A DNA stretch of 64,000 nt from Octopus sinensis (Eukaryota): positions 60,078,001 to 60,142,000 of the forward strand of contig NC_043003.1 of NCBI RefSeq assembly GCF_006345805.1, read 5' to 3'. The notes under the pieces are model-generated. The model did no database searches. It had not been told where the DNA came from and saw nothing but the letters and a program-made list of their open reading frames with translations. Shown in pieces: positions 52,689 to 64,000 of this stretch (its first letter is position 1; every line of letters starts with the position of its first letter). A program made the translations under genes and the position numbers.

Positions 52689-54791
52689 GCCAGAGAAAAA
52701 ATTTGTTTGCTTGTTATCAGTCGTAAGACACTTGTTGTTTTCACCGTTAATGCTTCTGTATTTCATGTTTCTGTATTCCATTATTGTTTTTTGTTTTTTT
52801 TTTTGTTTTTTTATATCTGTCCCTTTTGCTGTCCTGGTGTCCGTATGCATTCGATCCTTCTTCCAGGAAATCTACGCTTCCAGCTTAGTTTTTCTAGTGC
52901 TCGTTGCTTAGTTTTTCTTGGAGGGCTGGCCGTGATCTAGTAATCTCAAGATTAATCAGCCGAAATTACTACGATGATCCGGTTCTTGACTGAAGACTGA
53001 GGGTTTCGAGTGTCCTGTCCGTGTTTATTGTGTCGTCTTCTAAGAGTTATACGTTCTTGTCCATGTTGTATTTTTCTACATACCTTAACATATATTCCAG
53101 GCGCCCCGTACCCCCCTTATCATTAATGTGAGCACATATTCTTAATAATTGGTACGACTCTCTGTTTGTCTCTCTCTCTCTCATTTTTACTTGATCTGTC
53201 CCCCTCTCTCTCTTTTCTCTCTACTCATCCTCTTTTTCTCTTCTCTTTCCTCTGATTCTTTGGTCTAGTCTTCCACTACCCTCCTATTTCTTTGTCTCGC
53301 TCTGCACTCACAGGTCATTCTTCGACACCTATCCCTTCTCCTCTCTGATTCCTTCTTTCTCTCTCTTCTCTCTCTTTGTTGCGTTTGTCCCTCCTCTCTC
53401 TCTCTCTTCCTTTGCTTCTCTTTCTTTTCTTTTCCCTCTTCTCTGTCACGTGACTGTTGGCCGAAATCTGCCTTTCAGCTCCTGACCCTCGTCGTGTTAA
53501 CATCGTTGTTTTTCGTCCGCCGCTATAAAGGCTTCTTCCAATGCGCCAGAGAAAAATTTGTTTGCTTGTTATCAGTCGTAAGACACTTGTTGTTTTCACC
53601 GTTAATGCTTCTGTATTTCATGTTTCTGTATTCCATTATTGTTTTTTGTTTTTTTTTTTGTTTTTTATATCTGTCCCTTTTGCTGTCCTGGTGTCCGTAT
53701 GCATTCGATCCTTCTTCCAGGAAATCTACGCTTCCAGCTTAGTTTTTCTAATGCTCGTTGCTTAGTTTTTCTTGGAGGGCTGGCCGTGATCTAGTAATCT
53801 CAAGATTAATCAGCCGAAATTACTACGATGATCCGGTTCTTGACTGAAGACTGAGGGTTTCGAGTGTCCTGTCCGTGTTTATTGTGTCGTCTTCTAAGAG
53901 TTATACGTTCTTGTCCATGTTGTATTTTTCTACATACCTTAACATATATTCCAGGCGCCCCGTACCCCCCTTATCATTAATGTGAGCACATATTCTTAAT
54001 AATTGGTACGACTCTCTGTTTGTCTCTCTCTCTCTCATTTTTACTTGATCTGTCCCCCTCTCTCTCTTTTCTCTCTACTCATCCTCTTTTTCTCTTCTCT
54101 TTCCTCTGATTCTTTGGTCTAGTCTTCCACTACCCTCCTATTTCTTTGTCTCGCTCTGCCCTCACAGGTCATTCTTCGACACCCATCCCTTCTCCTCTCT
54201 GATTCCTTCTTTCTCTCTCTTCTCTCTCTTTGTTGCGTTTCTCCCTCCTCTCTCTCTCTCTCTTCCTTTGCTTCTCTTTCTTTTCTTTTCCCTCTTCTCT
54301 GTCACGTGACTGTTGGCCGAAATCTGCCTTTCAGCTCCTGACCCTCGTCGTGTTAACATCGTTGTTTTTCGTCCGCCGCTATAAAGGCTTCTTCCAATGC
54401 GCCAGAGAAAAAATTTGTTTGCTTGTTATCAGTCGTAAGACACTTGTTGTTTTCACCGTTAATGCTTCTGTATTTCATGTTTCTGTATTCCATTATTGTT
54501 TTTTGTTTTTTTTTTTGTTTTTTTATATCTGTCCCTTTTGCTGTCCTGGTGTCCGTATGCATTCGATCCTTCTTCCAGGAAATCTACGCTTCCAGCTTAG
54601 TTTTTCTAATGCTCGTTGCTTAGTTTTTCTTGGAGGGCTGGCCGTGATCTAGTAATCTCAAGATAAATCAGCCGAAATTACTACGATGATCCGGTTCTTG
54701 ACTGAAGACTGAGGGTTTCGAGTGTCCTGTCCGTGTTTATTGTGTCGTCTTCTAAGAGTTATACGTTCTTGTCCATGTTGTATTTTTCTAC

Positions 54792-54799
<8 letters not shown>
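52689..54799. repeat. Near-identical 856-bp tandem repeat, about 2.5 copies, between (TA)n tracts
   Basis: Unit start GCCAGAGAAAAA at 52689, 53545 and 54401; ends at CATACCTTA; only a few substitutions between copies. Confidence 0.95.
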
Positions 54800-54843
<44 letters not shown>

Positions 54844-54889
54844 CGCGTGTTTGTGTGTGTGTGTGTGTATGTATATGTATATGTATATG

Positions 54890-54935
<46 letters not shown>

Positions 54936-55247
54936 CATACATTACACATATGATATATATGTATGTACATGTATATATATATACAAATATATATATACAT
55001 GCATAGGTACATATACATATATATATATATGTATTTATATATACATATATTCATGCATATATATTCATACATATATATATATATATATATATTCATACAT
55101 AGGTACATATATATATTCATACATGCATTATATATATATATATATGTATATATTTATATGTATATGTAAATATTTGTATATACATATATACATACGTATA
55201 TATATATATATGTAGGTATGTATATATATGTTTATGTATATGCATAC

Positions 55248-55402
55248 GTGGCTGTGTGGTAAGTAGCTTGCTAACCAACCACATATTCCCGGGTTCAGTC
55301 CCACAGCGTGGAAGCTTAAGCAAGTGTCTGTCTTCTGCTATAGCCTCGGGCCGACCAAAGCCATGTGAGTGGATTTGGTAGACGGAAACTTAATGAAACC
55401 CG

Positions 55403-55497
<95 letters not shown>

Positions 55498-55708
55498 TGT
55501 GTGTGTGTGTGTGTGTGTGTTTGTGTGTCTGTGTTTGTCCCCCTGCCCCAGCATCGCTTGACAACCGATCCTGCTGTGTGTACTCCCCCGCAAACTAGCG
55601 GTTTGGCAATAATGACCGATAGCATAAGTACTAGCCTTACAACGAATAAGTCCTGGGATCGATTTGCTCGAGTAAAGGCGGTGCTCCAGCATGGCCGCAG
55701 ACAACTGA
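55248..55708 (+). mobile_element. SINE family A with expanded internal (TA)n(TG)n
   Basis: Head, body and partial tail. Confidence 0.9.
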
Positions 55709-55776
55709 GAGAAGCAATTCAAACACAAACGAATACACACATACATATATATATATATACATAAATACATACATGC

Positions 55777-55873
<97 letters not shown>

Positions 55874-57345
55874 TATTATATGCATATTTGAATGATTAGT
55901 TCTAATTCATAGTACGATCTATTGATGCATATTAACGTGCGGAAAGTACTACTTTGAACCCAGTCAATATAAAGAGTGACTTTATATGCAGTCATATAAC
56001 ACAAAATAAAAATGCATTTGTGCATATTAAACAAATCCATAAATAACGTCATGATCAATATCTACACTCTATGAATGACTGGATGAAAGAAAAATGATTT
56101 TATCAACAAAAATAAATAGAATACCTCTTATACTGTATGAAAACCATAAACGCATAGTATGTATGATTTCACGTAAAACAGTCCACATTAGCAGAGCAAA
56201 ATAATACAATAGAATTTGAATTTAAAAAGAGATATGCAACTTGTTTTGGTAGCACTTATTTAGGTAACCATATGTTACCCCCACCCACCATCCACTAGCT
56301 TGATTCTCCTCCACATAAAACTTAATGTAAATAGATGTGTTGCTAAACAGTTCTATTACAAACAGGATAATAATATAAATGCAGGAAAGCTTTCTCTTAA
56401 TCTAATTCATCACATCGTAAAGAACAACTCATAGCAGTGAAGATTAATTTCCTTTTTTTTTTATAAAAATAAACACTACAACGAAAGAAGAACATGAAAA
56501 GAAAAAGAAGAATCTGTTATGTTTGTAACATTCCCCCACCCATCCCCTTCTATCGTGAGAGTCAGTTTTCATTTTTACTTTGGCTGTCTTTTAGAGCCTA
56601 TTTTTATTTTATTTTATTTTATTTTTTAGACAATAGCGCCTGTAGTTGGATCACATTGCGACCTCGTTGTCATCGTTGACTTCATAAGATTTGAAATGTC
56701 AGCAGAAAATTTAGAACCGTTAAGACAAGGCAGCCATCCTCTATATCCTCAGGGAATTTGCTTCAGGCTTGTGTTAATACTATAGAACAACACTGCAAAA
56801 AGAAGAGGAAGAAGAAAGAGAGAAGAAAATGAAGAAGGCGATGAAGAAGAAGTAAAAGAAAAAGAGGAGGAGTGAGCAGAAAAAAAATAAAGGCTCATTC
56901 CTTGAGTTTCTTCTGTAGGAAAACGGTTCGGTTAAGAGATCTGTGTGGTCTTACAAGTGTCTTCAGTAATTATCCTCCGACATGTTCCAAGCCGACGAGA
57001 GGTCGTGCTGCCGTTAACAGAATAGTGCAAGGAATTACTAGCCCGCCGGTAATCTTGCACTCAACGCTACCCATGTTCTTTTATATGCTGACATCAAATA
57101 CTGTGAATAGACCAGCATTTTCTGAAATACCAAGCATTAGCTTTCATTAGTATTCATGAAATATGCAAATTACCACCTACTAACAAATTCCACCAGTTCA
57201 ATCATTTAAAAATTTTAAATATTTGTAAAAACAACAAAATTAAGAGGTAACAAAAAAATACGATAATGTAATCTACTATTTAAGTACGATATTTAAGTAC
57301 ACATCGCGCATATATATATATATATATACGTGTGTGTATATATAT

Positions 57346-57455
<110 letters not shown>

Positions 57456-58724
57456 CACCTGCTTGTGAATAGATATGCGTGTGTATTTGTGTGTGTGTGC
57501 ATGTGGTATGGTGAGGATAATGTTTATGTAAAGAATTGCAATGAAAACACTGAGCAAGACAAAAAGGTAAATCCATAGAAAATTCTATGAAACTAGAAAT
57601 TTATGCACAAGTTTTTTCTTTATTTATTTGTCTCCCTTTTATATTTATGTCACACCGTGTTTATGAGGTTATTAAAATGTATTACGTTCTGTCTATATGC
57701 ATATGTCGTTATAGTAAGTTGAAATATATCGATCTTCTCTCGTTCTTTTTTTAGACATCCTTTTCTGTATCCATAAGCGGGAGTTTATAACGTAAGATAT
57801 TTAGTGCGCGTAACATTGAAAATTCGCTTTCTCCATTGCGCCCTATTCAGAGTGAGCTTAGCAGCTTTAGCAAAGCTAATGCTGTATCTGACTATGCCAA
57901 CATTGGCTTCCGAAACATATGTATTTTGTAAAGTATATCGATGCATACAATTATGCGTATCATTATTTATACAGCGACATATTCACGTGTTTTGGTATAT
58001 ATACAATGTTTTGTGATGTCTAGTGGAAAAAAAATTAACGTAATATTATTAAGGAATCTTAATAATATTTATCACATAATTTTATTTAATATATATATTC
58101 CTCTTTTCATACATATTACATACGCACAAACATACACATGTATATGTATATATATATGTGTGTGTTTCTATGTATACACAAACATATATGCACATATATA
58201 TATATATATATGTATAAATGCATATATACGTTTATATCTAAATACAGACACACCAACATATACGCACTTACGCACGCACACACACACACATATACAGTCA
58301 CATACATTTAGATATATATATTCATACACACATAATGTAAGTAAGTCTTCAGAAAATTTATGGAGCTATTCTATCTATTAAGAGCCGGTTGCAAAGAAAT
58401 TGACAATGTTCTCTAGTGCTGAGAATCTCTGTTGATGTAAATGTGTGTGTTTATATGTGCATGCAATTGGTATGTAGACCACCTTCCATTAGTATCAAAC
58501 AGAGAAGCTTTGGAATTTTGGAAAAGAAATTCAATAATCTCTACGACTGTATATTTCCTTCTTCAGTAGTCAATCGCATACAGTGGTGTATGCATATACA
58601 CATATACATGATAACGCGCGCGCACACACACACATACACACACACACACACATGTATGTATATGCATTTTAAAGTGAATATGTATATATGTATATATGTA
58701 TATATAATCATACATACGCGTATG

Positions 58725-58757
<33 letters not shown>

Positions 58758-58802
58758 TTATATATATATATATGTATATTCACATATATACGAATGAATA
58801 TG

Positions 58803-58883
<81 letters not shown>

Positions 58884-60317
58884 ACATATATGCATATATG
58901 TAGGCATATATATGCATGTGTATTCGCTCACATGTTTGTGCGTCTGTATGTGAACACATATGCAGTAAGCTGGTGGTGAGTTCACTTGTGAAACACATTT
59001 ATTTAAAGCAAAATTTCTCTCCATCTTATTATAGCTGGCGAGATGTTTGTGGTCGGTTGCTTTTTAAATACTAATTCTTTCATATATCTATCAAACTTTC
59101 TGGGATGTATGACCCTGTGATTTCAATGGTCAGCAATGTAATGACACTTCTAGTTGGAACACGGGTTTATATTTCGTGACTTTCTTTTTAATTGGGAACT
59201 GGATGCTGTAGTGTTTGATAGAAGGCCATTAATTGAAACATGTCTTTACCATATGTAGTTTTCGTGTCTTCATCCGATATTAACATGATACTATTCATAA
59301 GAAGAAAGTATCTTGTATATCATTGCACGAATGCACATATTAATATATGTATAGGTTTGTATAGATATGCATATGTGTATCTGTGCGCTTCACACGACTT
59401 GATAAATTCAGTTTTAGTAGTGCCATATGAACTACGTTTAATATCCTAGCTAAATACAGATGAGAAAAATCGATGCTGTTTCTTCTTCCTTTCCTTATAA
59501 CAGAACAAGCTGATATTCTGAAAACGTACAGCCTTACCAAGTCATTATAATTCTGCATCATAATCCATGTTATTATTAGTCATCCATGAATACTACTGCT
59601 CTCAATCTTCTGAGGTGAATCGTATGCAATCAGGATATAGCCTTCCTTTTCTACATTAAGAAGAGCTGATATATTTCATTACTTAATAAAGCTCTTCCTA
59701 CATTATATTAGGTAGCTGGCTCTTAAGAATTCATTTGGTGGTTATTAGTATTTAGCAAAGGTTCTGGCTTAAGATATATTTGAATTTCATATAAAGATGA
59801 TATAGTAAGAGATTACCCACTGAAGGTAGCATACTCAGAAAAAAAAAGACAAATCATAGGGTGGTCGGTCAAAGCTAGAAAGATTTGTCTCTGAAGACTG
59901 CTCCTCGTATTAGGTGAACAATTTTACCGGTACTAATATAATAACCTTTTCTTCAGGAGTAAGCTAAAACTATAGTTTTCCGTTTGATGAATAAGATTCG
60001 TAGTATGAATATAGTGCATTAAATACCATACAATAAAAATTCCTGATTATTTTCTTCCTCATCTGGAGCAGGCTTTAGTTAAAATGTGATGAATTTGATA
60101 TGTTATCTGGAGGCGACGATAATTTCAATAAAACATAAATATTTTTTACGTATTTGTCTATGCTAATCAGATATATAGCACATGTCACTTTGAACTATTT
60201 GTAACTGACATTGGTTTAAATTATAGTATGAATGCTTCTTAATAAATGTCTATTTTTGGTCGTTGTATTTTTTATCTACGAGTCGTGATGACACTGTTGA
60301 AATGTTCTGAGGTTTGA

Positions 60318-60744
60318 CAGGAGTAGTTGTGTGTTAAGTAGCTTGCTTACAAACCACATGGTTCCGGGTTCAGTCCCACTGCGTGGTACCATGGGCAAGT
60401 GTCTTCTACAATAGCCTCGGGCCGACTAAAGCTTTGTCAGTGGATTTGGTAGACGGAAACTGAAAGAAGCCCGTCGTATATATGTATATGTATATATATA
60501 TCTTTATATGTGTGTGTGTGTGTGTGTTTGTGTGTCTGTGTTTGCCCCCACCCCACTCAACATCGCTTGACAAAAGATGGTTGTGTGTTTACGTCCCCGT
60601 AACTTAGCGGTTCGGCAAAAGCGGCCGATAGAATAAGTACTAGGCTTACAAAGAATACGTCCTGAAGTTGATTTGCGCGACTAATGGTGGTGCTCCAGCA
60701 TCGCCTCACTCAAATGACTGAAACAAGTAAAAGAGTAAAAGAGT
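60318..60744 (+). mobile_element. SINE family A, full length
   Basis: Head through GTAAAAGAGTAAAAGAG tail. Confidence 0.92.
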
Positions 60745-62212
60745 TTCTTTTGTGTAATTCTGACACAGTATTGTTTTCAAAAACGAGATACCTTACCCAG
60801 AAAAAAATCTAAGCAACTATATTTAGGATATTCTTGGAACTATATTTAAAATATATTTCAATCTTGTGTTTAGTGAGTATCCATGGCTGGGTAGTCTTAT
60901 GATTGAAAATATTTCCACCATGTCCATCACATATTTATTAGGGTATATAGTTTTAAATACTGTATTTGCCTGTGTAGATTTAAATACATTTTTTTAAAGA
61001 CAAGAACACTTGGTAGAAAATAAATTTGACAACTAATTTATGGTATGCAGATTCTTAATTCCAGAATCTACTTATAATAAAAACAAACAAATGAAAGTAA
61101 TGAACCTTCCTATATTTGACATGATGTCAATATATACAGACACTACTAATCATCATATCTGTCATCACAGTTTCTCAGCATCAGCAAAAATATAACAATG
61201 ATGCTCTCTATGGCTATGGGAATATCATACATGATTTCTTGTTTTGAATTAGTCAGAAAAGGAAAAGAGGCATCTAGGATATTTCTTAAGTTTTCTGAGG
61301 CTGAGAAATTACCATCAAACCGAAAACGTGGCTGGAGTATTTGCGAAGTATTCGAACATCTGGAGTAGCCAAGAATCAGGTTGTTGCTGTTGTTGATGTT
61401 GTTGTGGTTGTGGTGGTGGTGGCGACGGTGGTACTGCTGCTGTGGTAGTCGTGTAGGTGGAGGAAAATCAGACGACTAAAAAGGAAAGATACATGCAGAA
61501 ACTTCCACGCAGTAAGGCATGATACTCTTTTTCGATTCTCCACCATCCCAAAATAATGAACTCACATGAAGTAAAACTCTTCAACTCTTCCAAACTTTGA
61601 AGTTTGGAAAATGTTTCTTCACTCTATCCTGCTCTCGGCCATGACGATGACCTTCAGTTCTAAAATTAATTCCGGATTTTAAATTCATCTCCACTACCTC
61701 ACCTGTCTAGTTGAATTCGTCATCACCTTAACCTTCTTCGTCTCTGGTTAGTTTCACCTGAAATAAATTTGTGCACTAAAATGTTTTCTAATGATATATC
61801 TGTAAAAGTCAGATCGAGGCACAAAAATTTGATGAAGCTTATCACAATCTCAAAGATATAAAGGCAACTATACACCAATCAGTACTGTAACCCTAACTTC
61901 AACTATTATTTTCATTTCTCATTTATCTTTATTTGTCTTCGCTTCTGATTTTATCTGTTTTGATTAATTTCTCGCCACCTGTCTTTCTTTGGTTGCATTA
62001 GCTCTTAAACTCCTGTATAGAGGAGGTCTTCATATTAGCTAGTATTTCCGACTAAAACTTTAATCTTTCAAGTCTCCAACGCTGTTCACTGTTTAAAAAT
62101 ACATCAAGGTATTCCTGAAAAAAAGCAGGAAACAAAAAAAAAAGACTATCAAACTTAGCCGGAACAATTTACATATTCAACACAATATAAAAATGATTTA
62201 CATATTTACATA

Positions 62213-62616
62213 GGCGTAGGAGGGCTGTGTAGTAAGTAGCTTCTTACGAAACACATGGTTCCGGGTTCAGTCCCACTGCGTGGCACCTTGGGCGAGTGTC
62301 TTCTACTATAGCCTCGGGCCGACCGAAGACTTGTGAGTGGACATGGTAGGTGGAGTCTGAAAGAAGCCTGTCGTATATATGTATATGTGTGAGTATATGT
62401 TCGTGTGTCTGTGTTTGTCACCTCAACATCGCTTGATAACCGATGCTGGTGTGTTTATGTCCCCGTAACTTAGCGGTTCGGAAAAGAGACCGATTGGATA
62501 AATATTAGGCTTACAAAGAATAAGTCCTGGGGTCGATTTGCTCGACAAAAGTCGGTGCTCCATCATGGCCACAGTCAAACGACTGAAGCAAGTAAAAGAG
62601 TAAAAGAGTAAAAGAG
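62213..62616 (+). mobile_element. SINE family A, full length
   Basis: GGCGTAGGAG head through repeated GTAAAAGA tail. Confidence 0.93.
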
Positions 62617-63324
62617 AGAGAGAGAGACAGGAAGGCGTTAAAAACAGTTAATCATAAAAGAACGAGTATACCAAACCATAAAACTATAGCACATTAGCTG
62701 ACTGGCCATCAGAACTCATACAAGTCATGTAGACATTTTGTTTTCCGTTAAGCTGGCTGCTAATTCAATGTCCAGCAAAGTAGGCTTTATTAATTGAATC
62801 AAAACATTAGTTTTACGGACATTTTAGCTTCATTTCTTTTTTGCATCAATGAAGTTAATTCCAGCTGCAAGCAAGTTGGAACTGAACTCGATTTCCGAGC
62901 TTTTCTATGAAGTACTTAACTGCCTTGAGGCTCAATCCAGCTCCTTCTATATACATACATGAGGATAAAGCTATATACATGCGTACACACATACACATAT
63001 TTATACATATATACACATAAATATACATATGTGCACACATATATATGTATATATATATATGTGTAGGTATATAAATGCATATATATGTATACATACATAT
63101 ATATATGATGTATATATGTATATATGTTTATATTTGTATGCATGCTTATATATACATATTTACATACATGGGCGCGCGCGTGCGTGTGAATTTTTGTGTG
63201 GCATTCTCCATCAGTCCATTCATAAACTGCATTATTACGAACAACTTCTCTATTTCGAAATACACCTATTATTACTTGTTTTATCATATGATTCTCTGAG
63301 TGGGTGAAACTGATAGTAAAACAT

Positions 63325-63629
63325 TGTTCGTTCCTTCTCAAGCATGCCTGGCTCATAAGGGCCAGTTTCCCGGTTTCCTTGGCGTATAGGTTCCCCACCT
63401 GGACGGGACACCGGTCCATCGTAGGTGAGCTGCAAGATGTAGGAGGAAAGAGTGAGAGAAAGTTGTGGCGAAAGAGTCAGCAGAAGCTAGCCATTACATT
63501 CTGCCAGAGCCGCATGGAGCTTAGGTGTTTTGCTCATAAACACACACACATCGCCCAGTCAGAGATTCCAACACGCGATCCTACGACCGCGAGTCCGCTG
63601 CTCTAACCACTAGCCCATGTGCCTTCACG
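63325..63629 (-). mobile_element. SINE group B, tail type 2, full length with TSD
   Basis: Perfect 11-bp TSD TAGTAAAACAT at 63314-63324 and 63630-63640; matches 15383 copy. Confidence 0.93.
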
Positions 63630-63880
63630 TAGTAAAACATGGTTGCTGACTTTACAATTTGGCGATAATGACAAGATATATTCTTTCATTCTTTAATACA
63701 TTATTTATATTTTCTCAAAATCTGGGTTGGTTGGTTGGTTGGTTGGCTGGCTGGTTGGTTGGTTGGTATTATTTATCTTCCTTGTTTCATGTCTTTGGAT
63801 TTCATATCTCACAAGAGGAAGTTTGTTTGTACTGATTGGAAGGACAATATCATTTAATCGAAGCTTTTTGTATGTATATG

Positions 63881-63934
<54 letters not shown>

Positions 63935-64000
63935 CACATAATATAAATAATATATGAATATATGCATGTATACATACATATATATATACATACCTATATA

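Noticed and set aside
52915-52975. Hammerhead in the 856-bp unit (GGCTG..CAGCC-GAAA)
   Set aside because: Upstream CUUGGAG does not match CUGANGA or a compensatory variant; not called
52689-54799. LTR retrotransposon/TRIM or CRISPR-like array
   Set aside because: No TG..CA termini or PBS recognised; intervening segments are near-identical, not unique spacers; eukaryotic context
57068-57084. Partial complementarity to miR-71 (CTACCCATGTTCTTTTA)
   Set aside because: The seed match is broken by an extra base and a mismatch; no precursor hairpin
61588-61609. Perfect 10-bp palindrome TTCCAAACTT-TG-AAGTTTGGAA
   Set aside because: Short and isolated in AT-rich DNA; no supporting context

Overview
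AT-rich, microsatellite-dense eukaryotic DNA with no intact host protein-coding gene that I can support. The SINE families and repeat content point to an Octopus (coleoid cephalopod) genome; this is pattern recognition, not a database result. Nearly all ORFs in the supplied track are microsatellite translations. Recognisable content: (1) about 30 copies or fragments of three tRNA-headed SINE groups; (2) a full-length but dead DD34D mariner (48104-49391); (3) a decayed Naiad-type Penelope-like element (PLE) with RT and GIY-YIG remnants (about 10170-12020); (4) 3' fragments of R4/Dong-, CR1-, RTE- and HERO-like LINEs; (5) a fold-back made of two DD41D-like transposase 3' ends; (6) Tigger-like TIRs 4.2 kb apart. 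The most interesting signal is a set of short non-coding inserts, mostly in or beside (TA)n tracts, that carry minimal type-I hammerhead-ribozyme motifs. Some cores are canonical, one is a U3-A8 compensatory variant and two share an A6U variant, and two of these loci are long fold-backs with the ribozyme near the apex. A young 2.5-copy, 856-bp non-coding tandem element also sits in (TA)n. Together these suggest a microsatellite-targeted, ribozyme-bearing non-autonomous PLE/retrozyme-like system. All coordinates were read by eye; ends of decayed elements are approximate.
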